From a virus (Duplodnaviria > Heunggongvirae > Uroviricota > Caudoviricetes > Straboviridae): DNA of 64,000 nucleotides. The translations under genes and the position numbers were made by a program. The stretch lies in the IMG/VR virus record IMGVR_UViG_2974557979_000001; one strand, given 5' to 3'. The notes under the pieces were generated by a model that was not told the DNA's origin, did no database searches, and worked only from the letters and a program-made list of their open reading frames with translations. Below are positions 46,494 to 55,234 of this stretch, one piece after another; position 1 is the first letter of the stretch, and every line of letters begins with the position of its first letter.

Positions 46494-46691
46494 TCATTCT
46501 TCGTCCCCTTGCGCGTAGTATTCACACACTGCATCTTCTGGGGTGCAACCGTCCGAGTAAAGAGCATACATCAGATCTTCGTCATAATCAGAGGAACCTA
46601 GCATATGTTGAACAGAGCGTTTCCATTTGTTGTAATCTTTTTCGCTCTGGGTTTCGCTGTTTTCTGATTTAAGCATTTCGTACATGTTCAT
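46494..46691 (-). CDS. hypothetical acidic protein
   Basis: ORF. Confidence 0.35.
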   Translation of the reverse strand: MNMYEMLKSENSETQSEKDYNKWKRSVQHMLGSSDYDEDLMYALYSDGCTPEDAVCEYYAQGDEE

Positions 46692-46833
46692 AGGAATCTC
46701 CCGTAGTCGGTTGCAACATCTTCCGGATCCGCATCAAGTTCGTACAGTTCGCGAGCTAGTGCGCTGGGTTTAATATCGCGCCCTAAGTGGGCGCTAACAT
46801 TACGTAGCCATTTCATATAGGGTTCGAATTTGT

Positions 46834-47084
46834 TCATTTTATACGTACCGCGTTAAAAGCCTGGTTCCGGAGATCATACGCTTTTTCAAGCTGTTCTGTA
46901 GTGAACAGAGGACTATCAGAGTTTACTGTGAAACTGCAAATGGTTTTGTTGTCGGCGTTTACTTCTTCAACAACGATTTCATAACCCCAGATCCCGCTGT
47001 ACTCACATTTCACGTTCCGGTACTTGATGTAAACTGCTACAACATCTTCTTTTTTGTAGTTCCGGCTTTTGTAGATAATTTCCA
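46834..47084 (-). CDS. hypothetical protein
   Basis: Start set to MEIIYK after RBS GGAGGA; the track ORF extends into translated leader. Confidence 0.45.
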
Positions 47085-47135
47085 TGATATCCTCCTTCGT
47101 TTCGATGTGTGTATAATAACAGATCGGGGTTATCG
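47085..47135 (-). promoter_or_regulatory. PeSL-like promoter/leader (minus strand)
   Basis: Minus strand TATTATACACACATCGAAACGAAGGAGG. Confidence 0.4.
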
Positions 47136-47155
47136 ATTTTAGCAATTCGTGCTAA

Positions 47156-47434
47156 TTATGCCATTTTCTTAGCGATTTTCCAGGCGGCTTTGAATGCCGG
47201 AACATCTTCAATATCAACCCAGAAACCAGCACCAAAACCATCATCGTAGCAAGGGCAACCGTCGCAGTAATTTTCCCAGGTCATCACTTCACCACCAACA
47301 GAAGCACCAGTTTCCATAGCGCGTAACGCATCTTCAACTTTTTCCAGTTTTTCTGCGTTGTTGTCATAAATGATGAAGTACCATTTTCCGTTGTATTCGT
47401 TACCCAGTTTGATTGCTTCGCGAACAAGTTTCAT
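47156..47434 (-). CDS. hypothetical protein
   Basis: Start set to MKLVREAIKL. Confidence 0.45.
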   Translation of the reverse strand: MKLVREAIKLGNEYNGKWYFIIYDNNAEKLEKVEDALRAMETGASVGGEVMTWENYCDGCPCYDDGFGAGFWVDIEDVPAFKAAWKIAKKMA

Positions 47435-47503
47435 GATGATTTCCTTTTTGTCTGTTTCGTTTCGATGTATGTAAGATACCACAACCAGATTTTAATGCAA
47501 CAT
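47435..47503 (-). promoter_or_regulatory. PeSL-like promoter/leader (minus strand)
   Basis: Minus strand TTGCAT-16-TATCTT then ACATACATCGAAACGAAACAGAC. Confidence 0.45.
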
Positions 47504-47836
47504 TTATTTTGCTTCGAGTTCGATATTTTTCCATGTTTTCATCGGAACCCCTATCGCATCCCAAAACTTAACATCTTCTGCTGCAATCAGAGTAAAGAAG
47601 ACTCCAGTTTTCCAGTATTTCCCGTTTCTGATTTCGTTTGCGATCTCGTTCAACTGGTCGCAAAAATGTTCAGTCCAACTAACATCACCATCCCAGCGAG
47701 AACGTGGATTGTATAGAGAAAATATGAAACTATCAATATAAGAAGATTTTCCGGTAGAGACTCCCATCAAAACAGCCAGGATTGTGCGAACTGCATATAA
47801 ATTCTGAACCTCAACACTTCTCGTTTTAATAGTCAT
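47504..47836 (-). CDS. hypothetical protein
   Basis: Start set to MTIKTRSV after RBS GAGGAA. Confidence 0.45.
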   Translation of the reverse strand: MTIKTRSVEVQNLYAVRTILAVLMGVSTGKSSYIDSFIFSLYNPRSRWDGDVSWTEHFCDQLNEIANEIRNGKYWKTGVFFTLIAAEDVKFWDAIGVPMKTWKNIELEAK

Positions 47837-47914
47837 TTCATGATTCCTCTGTTTTGTTTCGATGAATGCAATATAACAAAACCCCTCACCATTGGCAAGG
47901 GGTTTTTGCAAAAA
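47837..47914 (-). promoter_or_regulatory. PeSL cassette (minus strand)
   Basis: Minus strand GCAAAAACCCCTTGCCAATGGTGAGGGGTTTTGTTATATTGCATTCATCGAAACAAAACAGAGG: hairpin with TTGCCA-17-TATATT. Confidence 0.55.
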
Positions 47915-48172
47915 TTATCGTTTGATTGGGGTATTATCTATAACCCGTTGAATTTCCGAACGCATCGTAGAATACTGGCACAATTCAGTAAGCGCCCGAT
48001 CCAGGTGCATCATAGCGTAAGAAAACTCTTTTCCGCATTTGTCGCATCTAGCGTATAAATGTAAATGAATTCGCCCGATCCCATCTACCTGACTATATTT
48101 CTGGAATATGTAAGGATCTGCACCTCGATAGCCAGTAGCTTCGTGCTTACACTCTCGTTTGAACCATGACAT
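47915..48172 (-). CDS. hypothetical Cys-containing protein
   Basis: CKHE...CDKCGKEF. Confidence 0.4.
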   Translation of the reverse strand: MSWFKRECKHEATGYRGADPYIFQKYSQVDGIGRIHLHLYARCDKCGKEFSYAMMHLDRALTELCQYSTMRSEIQRVIDNTPIKR

Positions 48173-48746
48173 TAATAATATCCTTGTACGTTGAATCGGT
48201 CACACAACAATTTTTTGTTTGGTTAGTATCGTTTTGGATAGAATGCAACATAGCGGTAATCATGTTTAGGTTATTTTGCATCATTTCCGCGCTCATGAGA
48301 ACTTCCATACGCGCACGTAAGCGTTTATTTTCTTCTTCCAACTCAACCATACGGTCATATGCTTTGATGCGCTCTAAGGGCATATCAGGACGCTCTTTGA
48401 GTACGCGAGCACGTTCAACCTCACAAGCATGATTTGCTTTCCAGTGGTTCGATTCCGCTTCAAATTTATTAAGACGGCGGATCTCTTCAACCAGCTTTTT
48501 GATCATGTGTGGATCCATCATGTCGATGAATTTCATCAAACAATTGGATTTTGTTTTGTTGTCAGCACCAGACCAAGACGAATTATACGTAACTGTAAAC
48601 GCGCGGCCCATTTCATCAACAACCCCGATCTTGTTATCATCGGTGATTGTAGCCGCCCATTTCTCCCGCATGGCTGTACAGGTTCCGCTGGCGACATTAT
48701 GCAACTTGTTTAATGTCGCATCATCAAATACAATTTCATCACTCAT
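48147..48746 (-). CDS. hypothetical protein
   Basis: ORF. Confidence 0.45.
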   Translation of the reverse strand: MSDEIVFDDATLNKLHNVASGTCTAMREKWAATITDDNKIGVVDEMGRAFTVTYNSSWSGADNKTKSNCLMKFIDMMDPHMIKKLVEEIRRLNKFEAESNHWKANHACEVERARVLKERPDMPLERIKAYDRMVELEEENKRLRARMEVLMSAEMMQNNLNMITAMLHSIQNDTNQTKNCCVTDSTYKDIINVMVQTRV

Positions 48747-48753
48747 ATATGCC

Positions 48754-49149
48754 TCACATAGATTTCAAAATACGCAGCAGCGCGTTAGTAAAGATATCAG
48801 GAACACAACAACCAAACAACTTATGATTCATCAGCGCTAATTTCATGCTGTGATTTTCGGTATATCGCCCGTTCTGGATCCCCCAGGCAACTACATGACC
48901 AGGTTCATGAATAACTAAGTTAGTGAGAGTAACGGTCATGCGCTCTTTATCATTGATCATGAATGAATAGCAGTAACCGGATCCAATATCGCCGTAAAGG
49001 TTAAGGTCTTTCAATTTCCCTTGCTCATGCAAGCGTTTCATATGAACTGCACATGCATGATTAATAGTCATTTCGTCATCCCTAGCCCAGTCATCAATAC
49101 CAGAGGTATAACGAATATTGAAATAGTTAGTCAGTTCATTTGATACGCT
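48754..49149 (-). CDS. putative zinc metallopeptidase-like protein (HExxH)
   Basis: VIHEPGHVVAW HExxH motif; start set to the internal Met MSVSNEL, which largely removes the overlap with the upstream zinc-finger gene. Confidence 0.45.
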   Translation of the reverse strand, partial: SVSNELTNYFNIRYTSGIDDWARDDEMTINHACAVHMKRLHEQGKLKDLNLYGDIGSGYCYSFMINDKERMTVTLTNLVIHEPGHVVAWGIQNGRYTENHSMKLALMNHKLFGCCVPDIFTNALLRILKSM

Positions 49150-49330
49150 CATTAGAAACCTCACTTTTATAAAATTCTTTACCAGACCCATTACAGCTAC
49201 TGCATTTGGGGGAACGGTTGTTATCATACCGCCCCGAACCGTTACATGCAACACATTTCCGTAATTTCCAGCCATACACGAACCTCATGTAATAATCGGT
49301 TCGTGCGGCCTTGCGTTCATGGAAATTCAT
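49136..49330 (-). CDS. DnaJ-type zinc-finger protein (CxxCxGxG x2)
   Basis: CVACNGSG ... CSSCNGSG; a second protein of this type is at 53231..53566. Confidence 0.4.
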   Translation of the reverse strand: MNFHERKAARTDYYMRFVYGWKLRKCVACNGSGRYDNNRSPKCSSCNGSGKEFYKSEVSNERIK

Positions 49331-49527
49331 GCTTTGTAAACCTGAACCAACCACATTTCGATGTTAGGCGCGTAAGTAACGTTTACCTTATGCATAGTGC
49401 GGTATTTGTAAGCGGCTTTGTACGCATCGAGTTCAGTCGGAACACAGAAAGAAAAACCGTTATCATAGCGTTCTGCGTTAGAAACTTCACAACCAACTAC
49501 AGCGGCAATGTTTTTATTCATGTTCAT
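49327..49527 (-). CDS. hypothetical protein
   Basis: Start set to MNMNKN after the leader. Confidence 0.4.
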   Translation of the reverse strand: MNMNKNIAAVVGCEVSNAERYDNGFSFCVPTELDAYKAAYKYRTMHKVNVTYAPNIEMWLVQVYKA

Positions 49528-49603
49528 GATATTTTCCTTTCTCTGTTTCGTTTCGATGTGTGTAATATAACAAAGCCCCTGCACTAATGCAAGGGCTTTT
49601 TGA
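49528..49603 (-). promoter_or_regulatory. PeSL cassette (minus strand)
   Basis: Minus strand CAAAAAGCCCTTGCATTAGTGCAGGGGCTTTGTTATATTACACACATCGAAACGAAACAGAGAAAGG: hairpin with TTGCAT-17-TATATT. Confidence 0.6.
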
Positions 49604-50518
49604 TTATTTTGGTAATTTTTCGATGGTTGCTTTCAACTCATTGATTTTATTAAAGAGTTCATCGCTATATTTCATCAACTCACTACGGCGTTTTTCGGCC
49701 CACTTGATCAGGAATTCATGAGAATCTACACCATACGTGTAACCTTCTGCACTCAGTTGAATACGAGCACGGGAACCATAATCAACAGAACTTTGTTCAA
49801 TGAGAAACTTAACCGCATCAAGCAGGGCTAAATCTTCATGACTTACCAATATTCCTTCTGCCTTTGGAAGATCCACAACTTCATCCTGGATGAGTTCACG
49901 GCGGGTTGTTTCTTCCAGTGTTTCATGATTCTGGATCATCGTTTCGACCGGATCCTTTGCCACGACTGGTTTATTTTCACCTACTTCTTCCAAAAACATC
50001 AACATCCATCCAGGAATTTTAGTCCGGAAAGAACTTTGTACTTCACTGGTGCATGAATTTCCCAGAATGTGGATCGCGTTACCATGCATATCAACTTTAT
50101 TGATATAGATAACGTTCTGCTGTTCCTGTCGGTTGCTACCATAAGAAAGGAAGCGGCGTAACGATGTGTTATGACCATACTTCCCTAAATCGATTTCAGC
50201 CAGGCAATCAATGATCCCACGGTTAGAAACCTTGTAACGCTTACCCTGTTTGAAAAATAACGATTCTTCCAGGTGAGTAGGGGTAAACTCTTCATAAAGA
50301 ACATAGAATTCTTTAGGAATTTTGCGCTGAACCAGACTCAGTTTACAATTATTAGAAGGAACAATAACAGCGTGAATGTTTCCTTCTGCGTCACACATAG
50401 CTTGCATTACTTGCGGATAGTAAAGATGGTCTTTCTTGCAAGTATAGCTATGGATACGACTCTGCCGTTTTTTGAAGTACCATTTACCAGTTTCAAAAGG
50501 CGCTGTTGTAAAATTCAT
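49604..50518 (-). CDS. hypothetical protein (304 aa)
   Basis: ORF. Confidence 0.5.
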   Translation of the reverse strand: MNFTTAPFETGKWYFKKRQSRIHSYTCKKDHLYYPQVMQAMCDAEGNIHAVIVPSNNCKLSLVQRKIPKEFYVLYEEFTPTHLEESLFFKQGKRYKVSNRGIIDCLAEIDLGKYGHNTSLRRFLSYGSNRQEQQNVIYINKVDMHGNAIHILGNSCTSEVQSSFRTKIPGWMLMFLEEVGENKPVVAKDPVETMIQNHETLEETTRRELIQDEVVDLPKAEGILVSHEDLALLDAVKFLIEQSSVDYGSRARIQLSAEGYTYGVDSHEFLIKWAEKRRSELMKYSDELFNKINELKATIEKLPK

Positions 50519-51042
50519 TTTGCATTCTCATACATAGTTAAAATTGCTTGCATATGTTCCGGTGATTGTGGAACCCCTGCAAAGTTCACTTTCAAAAAGA
50601 AATTCAACCGATCTTTTATGTTGCACTCATCGAGTCCAAGCGCTGGTAATGAAATGTTTTCAAAAGCACGTTGTTCATGTCTTTCCATTTCACCCCAAAA
50701 CAAACGGGAACCGTTAGGCATCGGTATTCCAATTTCATTGTTCCAGAATTTCATGATAGTTGTCAAGCGTTGTTTTCCGTCGATGACTTCTACCCATCGA
50801 GATTCGTTGAATTCACTATCAACCGCGATCGCAATGATACCACAAGGAAACCCAGTAATCAAAGTTTTCATGAAAGCATCTTGCTCTTTCTGCTTCCACA
50901 CGTAGGGCCGCTGATAGGACGGATTCAGATCCAGATCGTTGTTCTTGAACCAGTGAATGTAACTACCAACCATGATCGCATGATCGCGACTTTGGAAAGT
51001 TTTTAACTCACGAATACGGTTTCTTACAATTTCGTCTGTCAT
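50515..51042 (-). CDS. DUF262 / ParB-like nuclease-NTPase domain protein (standalone)
   Basis: SYQRPYVWKQKEQDAFMKTL...GFPCG...VIDGKQRLTTI carries the DGQQR-type signature of DUF262 (GmrSD N-domain family); no HNH/DUF1524 partner domain. Confidence 0.62.
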   Translation of the reverse strand: MTDEIVRNRIRELKTFQSRDHAIMVGSYIHWFKNNDLDLNPSYQRPYVWKQKEQDAFMKTLITGFPCGIIAIAVDSEFNESRWVEVIDGKQRLTTIMKFWNNEIGIPMPNGSRLFWGEMERHEQRAFENISLPALGLDECNIKDRLNFFLKVNFAGVPQSPEHMQAILTMYENAK

Positions 51043-51365
51043 TATAAAATCACCATCCAGTATATAATCGTAATCATAACCGCTACAGTGAAACATATTG
51101 CAGCGTACACCCGCGCATTATGAACCTGTGTTTTCAATTCTGCGATCTCTTGATCCTTTTCGCTTTCAAACTCTTCGCGAGTACCATAATACCCAGGATC
51201 GTTAGCAGTTGCCAATCTAACCGCATCTTTTTCAACCAGCGTTGCATAACCGCTTTTTATTTGTGTCGCCCCGTACCATCCACCCCGATCGTTGTTAATG
51301 ATCAGGTGATCGCCTTTTTCGTTATGTTTTGACTCACCAATTACAATAACCCGTTTACCATTCAT
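51042..51365 (-). CDS. hypothetical C-tail-anchored membrane protein
   Basis: C-terminal TM helix VYAAICFTVAVMITIIYWMVIL; ATGA overlap with the DUF262 gene. Confidence 0.45.
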   Translation of the reverse strand: MNGKRVIVIGESKHNEKGDHLIINNDRGGWYGATQIKSGYATLVEKDAVRLATANDPGYYGTREEFESEKDQEIAELKTQVHNARVYAAICFTVAVMITIIYWMVIL

Positions 51366-51393
51366 AATATGATCCTAAAAGGGGCCGAAGCCC

Positions 51394-51651
51394 CTATTTT
51401 GCGTTCTTCTGTAGATAATCTAACAGATTTCCGCTTTGGTGTAAATCTAAAACTTTAGAAAACTTCTCTGCGTTTCTTTCGTTTGTGAGTTCGTCGAAAT
51501 GCCATACACCATCATCAGCTATTAACGCGCCAGGTGATGAACCTGTTTCTACATCACGGGAAAGCGCAAGCCCCAGAGGGTGTAAGATTTCGCGGTTAAT
51601 GCGCCAAACAAGGCCCATTTCAGATAGAGTATTAAAATCGACGTATTTCAT
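51394..51651 (-). CDS. hypothetical protein
   Basis: ORF. Confidence 0.4.
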   Translation of the reverse strand: MKYVDFNTLSEMGLVWRINREILHPLGLALSRDVETGSSPGALIADDGVWHFDELTNERNAEKFSKVLDLHQSGNLLDYLQKNAK

Positions 51652-51652
51652 A

Positions 51653-52036
51653 TTATGCCTTTGGTTTCACACCGTAGGCCAACATACCGAAACGGTGATC
51701 GTTGTCTGCATCTTTAAACAGAACTTCGTTACCATCAATGCAGATAACCTTTGCTTCCGGATCGATGTATGGAAGCAACCACAAAGGGATCAGGCGTAGG
51801 CCGCTATGTTCATCCCAGCGACTGAAATTAAGTTCTTCCAGTTCATCAAGGGAAAGCTCATTAGGATCGATATAACGGAACCATTTGGTATTTTTGAGGC
51901 GTTCGGGGAATGTTACGATTTCTTCATAGCCGAATTCAGCACTCCATGAAGAGTAAACAGTGACTTCGGATGCTTTGGTTAAAACAGCATCGCGAATTGA
52001 TTTGCAGATATCGATTAAATTCAGTTGATTTTCCAT
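51653..52036 (-). CDS. hypothetical protein
   Basis: ORF. Confidence 0.45.
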   Translation of the reverse strand: MENQLNLIDICKSIRDAVLTKASEVTVYSSWSAEFGYEEIVTFPERLKNTKWFRYIDPNELSLDELEELNFSRWDEHSGLRLIPLWLLPYIDPEAKVICIDGNEVLFKDADNDHRFGMLAYGVKPKA

Positions 52037-52046
52037 GATATATTTC

Positions 52047-52454
52047 TCATCTTGCTAAAATTTTAGGCAACAGTTGCCCCATTGTTTTACGTGCATGTGA
52101 CGGAATCTGTGAGATCGGGACATATTTAAAATCATCCATTTCACGTATAGTCCGTCCGTTCTTAACGAAAGTTGATGCACAATAGCATTCTTCCGCTACT
52201 GGGTAATCTTGCCCTACATAGAGGAATAAAGCAAGGTTTTTTGTTTTCGTGTAATCGAGAACACCCAGACTAACCAATTCCTCCGCGAACACTTCAAATC
52301 CTGTTTCTTCGAAGCATTCGCGGATCGCCGCGTCAATATGAGTTTCGCCCTTTTCAACATGCCCCTTCGGAATATCCCAATGGGGCGTTTCAGTGGCATG
52401 GCCCATCAACACGGCACCATCTTTAACAAAGATAATACCCGCTGATAGTTCCAT
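52047..52454 (-). CDS. Nudix hydrolase
   Basis: Nudix box GHVEKGETHIDAAIRECFEETG. Confidence 0.8.
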   Translation of the reverse strand: MELSAGIIFVKDGAVLMGHATETPHWDIPKGHVEKGETHIDAAIRECFEETGFEVFAEELVSLGVLDYTKTKNLALFLYVGQDYPVAEECYCASTFVKNGRTIREMDDFKYVPISQIPSHARKTMGQLLPKILAR

Positions 52455-52700
52455 TTATTCACCTGCAAAAGCGTTATCAAATGCTTTAAGTGCGTTGTTA
52501 GCGCGAGCACTGGCTTTTGTCTCACCAGCATGAATGTTTTCGAAGAAAGTACGTTTCCACACTTCGCGGCGAATAGATTCATGTTCCAGACTGTTTTTGT
52601 GATCACTGCGAATCTGTTCTTCCATGTTGTAGCGGTACAGATCGAGTTCTGCGTTTAATTTCTGTTCTAATGCCTGTGCAAATACATGTTCAATATTCAT
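52455..52700 (-). CDS. hypothetical protein
   Basis: ORF. Confidence 0.4.
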   Translation of the reverse strand: MNIEHVFAQALEQKLNAELDLYRYNMEEQIRSDHKNSLEHESIRREVWKRTFFENIHAGETKASARANNALKAFDNAFAGE

Positions 52701-52948
52701 TTTGTATAGCCTATTTCAGATTTAAGGTTTTCGAGGGTGGAGTGATAAACAACACTCCCTTCGTGTCGAGTATACCATACTTTTCCGTTCTGGTTACACT
52801 CATTCATTACATTTTCATCTAAACCAGGGATCGGCTTCATGCTGGGAGAAAACGCGATAGACATCATTTGTTCTGCGCTATCAGCAAACCCACAAGGGAA
52901 AACAGATCCAGTTGGTTTATCAAGATACATCAACTCTACTTTAGCCAT
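52697..52948 (-). CDS. hypothetical protein
   Basis: Start set to MAKVELMYL. Confidence 0.4.
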   Translation of the reverse strand: MAKVELMYLDKPTGSVFPCGFADSAEQMMSIAFSPSMKPIPGLDENVMNECNQNGKVWYTRHEGSVVYHSTLENLKSEIGYTK

Positions 52949-53234
52949 AGATTTCTTCGAAATCCTCACAATCAGGCAAATACGTTTCACAGAAGGTGCA
53001 AAGCGTAAAGAATGCAGGTTGACGAATACCAGGATTATCCGGTAGATACATCCAGAAGGTGTTAGCAAACACGATGAATGTTTTCAGGTTTTCGGTGGTA
53101 ATTTCGCTAACACCATCATACCCGGATTGATTGATCGCGCGTTGCAGTGGCACCTCGTACTGTTCGCAATAGTCGGCATAATGATCGCTTGTTACAAGGC
53201 CATTAGCCATTTTAATCAAATCGACGATTTTCAT
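52941..53234 (-). CDS. hypothetical protein
   Basis: ORF. Confidence 0.45.
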   Translation of the reverse strand: MKIVDLIKMANGLVTSDHYADYCEQYEVPLQRAINQSGYDGVSEITTENLKTFIVFANTFWMYLPDNPGIRQPAFFTLCTFCETYLPDCEDFEEIYG

Positions 53235-53566
53235 GATTTTACATATTCCACTTTAACAGGTTTTGCAACAAATTTATCTTTGGTGCGCCCATGACCATTA
53301 CACAGGTCACATTCTTTGTTGAAATCTTTCATATCTTCGACCCATCCAGAATCTGGCAACCCAGACGGATATGCGTTATAACGAATGGTTTCATAACCTT
53401 TTCCGTTGCATTTCGGGCAAACATGAGGACGTTCTTTTTTAGCAGACTCTGCCAGTTCGCGAAGGGTGGTAGAACTACCATAAGCCCGACACATGTTTTC
53501 AAAGTCTTTTAAAGTCATTCTATAAACATCAATGACGTTATATTTTTTGCCGGATGGTTTAGCCAT
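53231..53566 (-). CDS. DnaJ-type zinc-finger protein (CxxCxGxG x2)
   Basis: CPKCNGKG ... CDLCNGHG; start set to MAKPSGKK. Confidence 0.45.
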   Translation of the reverse strand: MAKPSGKKYNVIDVYRMTLKDFENMCRAYGSSTTLRELAESAKKERPHVCPKCNGKGYETIRYNAYPSGLPDSGWVEDMKDFNKECDLCNGHGRTKDKFVAKPVKVEYVKS

Positions 53567-53806
53567 AATATATTTCTCACTTAAAGAATTTTTTGATGAA
53601 AGAGATAGCAAGGCCGATACCAAAGAAAATTAAGTAACCTTTTCCGTCACCGTGCGCCAAAACATAGAGTGAGCTGCCGTATGCGATGAGTTCTGCGATG
53701 TTCATTAAGTTTCTCATGATATCCTCCTTTTTCTATATTAAGTATCTTACCATAATATAAACCAAAGTCAACAACAAAGTTTTATCAACCCACTTATCAC
53801 CAGTCA

Positions 53807-53947
53807 TTAGTAATCCCCTACAGGTTGAGACGCCGCAACACTCAGGATCTTGAAAGTGCAATTGTTCCATTCACAATAAGTTTTTGCGCAATGAACACTT
53901 CCTTTCATAACAAACCCGTTTGAGAAAATTAACCAGTAAAGTTTCAT
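53807..53947 (-). CDS. small hydrophobic protein (46 aa)
   Basis: Start MKLYWLIF after RBS GGAGG; the track ORF includes translated leader. Confidence 0.3.
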   Translation of the reverse strand: MKLYWLIFSNGFVMKGSVHCAKTYCEWNNCTFKILSVAASQPVGDY

Positions 53948-54012
53948 GATAGCCTCCTTTGTTTCGACAAGGCCAATATAACAAAGCCCCTGCACGAATG
54001 CAAGGGCTTTTT
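53948..54012 (-). promoter_or_regulatory. PeSL cassette (minus strand)
   Basis: Minus strand GAAAAAAGCCCTTGCATTCGTGCAGGGGCTTTGTTATATTGGCCTTGTCGAAACAAAGGAGG. Confidence 0.55.
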
Positions 54013-54552
54013 TCAGTTTTTCAACATCCAAAGTTGCGGAGGACAATCTTTAGAAGCGATTAGACGATCCAGGCGGGACATAACCCGACGATAACCGTCG
54101 TATTCAAAATTAATTTTTGGTGGAACGTAGTTGACCTGGATTGTTTTTCTGTTAGCTAAAGAAACATACTCAGGGATCACCGTTCGTAACCGTATAGCGA
54201 TCACTGGCTTCTCTTCGCCTTCGTTAAAGAACATTTGAACAGTTATAGGACAAGCAAAGATTTTACCATTTACCCGACGATAAACAATAACTTCCTGTGT
54301 CCCTTCTGTTTTGGCCTTCACAGCGTAGGTTAGAACATAACACGAATAATGATTTGCTAGACTCATCATGATATCGCGATAAGTTTCAATATCTTTTTTA
54401 ATCGATACTGAACGGTCTTTAAAGCGATCTGAAATGTGGTCAGCAGTAGCCGCTACCTTGATTGTATACCAGTCACCTAACGCGCTAGTAAACGCCTCGC
54501 TAACTTCTTTTCGTACACTGTTAACAAGATACATTAAACGTGTTCTGTTCAT
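54013..54552 (-). CDS. hypothetical protein
   Basis: Start set to MNRTRLMYLV. Confidence 0.45.
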   Translation of the reverse strand: MNRTRLMYLVNSVRKEVSEAFTSALGDWYTIKVAATADHISDRFKDRSVSIKKDIETYRDIMMSLANHYSCYVLTYAVKAKTEGTQEVIVYRRVNGKIFACPITVQMFFNEGEEKPVIAIRLRTVIPEYVSLANRKTIQVNYVPPKINFEYDGYRRVMSRLDRLIASKDCPPQLWMLKN

Positions 54553-54559
54553 ATAATCC

Positions 54560-55183
54560 TCACTGATTTTTGAAGTATTCGATCTGACGCAAACGCTTTT
54601 CAGCGGCGGCTTTCGAATCGTATTCACCAAGTTCTTTTGTGCGATCGTGATTCAAAACAACCCACTTATCGCCACGCTGTTCAATGTGTTCTGTAATATC
54701 TTTTAACGACTTATCCAGATCCAGTGATTCAGCCTCTTCACAGATAATAGTCAAATCCACGGGCAGTGTCAACAACCTTTTCACTCCGCTGATATCATCA
54801 AGCATCGAATCGTATGCAAGGGTTACGTGCGGCTTGTAATCCGGATAATCGTATGTTGCGCCAGCATCAATAGAATCTTTGAAACGGCTATGCAGGTATT
54901 CAGATTCCAGGATCCCTACAATAGTGCTACCGTATTTTGTGTCCCACTTTTCAACATCAACCAGTTTAGCAGGTTCTGTGATGTCCTGTTGCGGGAACAA
55001 ATCAACCGTTTTCCGGCTGTATACGATCGTTGTATGCATCTTTTCGGCTGAAACAGCATTCTTTGTGATACCTAATGTCTTTTGAACATTTTTCAAAGCC
55101 TCACATGAAGCCTGATCGAATTTAGCACACATGTAGATACCAGGATCTACAACAGGTTTTGTGATTTCAAGAAATGATTTCAT
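54560..55183 (-). CDS. 57B: 2H phosphoesterase (Acb1/57B-like; LigT superfamily)
   Basis: Two H-x-T-x motifs (HTTIVYS and HVTLAYD) about 70 aa apart; gene sits next to 57A and gene 1 exactly as T4 57B/acb1 does. Confidence 0.6.
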   Translation of the reverse strand: MKSFLEITKPVVDPGIYMCAKFDQASCEALKNVQKTLGITKNAVSAEKMHTTIVYSRKTVDLFPQQDITEPAKLVDVEKWDTKYGSTIVGILESEYLHSRFKDSIDAGATYDYPDYKPHVTLAYDSMLDDISGVKRLLTLPVDLTIICEEAESLDLDKSLKDITEHIEQRGDKWVVLNHDRTKELGEYDSKAAAEKRLRQIEYFKNQ

Positions 55184-55234
55184 AAAACACCCCAATAAAA
55201 AAGGGGCCGTAGCCCCTTTGTAATAAATTTGTTT

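Noticed and set aside
46834-54046. Long forms of several minus-strand ORFs whose N-termini read ...CYI.HIETK...
   Set aside because: The recurring CYITHIETKQR-type peptide is just the conserved PeSL leader (CATCGAAACGAAACAG) translated in frame. True starts were placed at the Met that follows the RBS.
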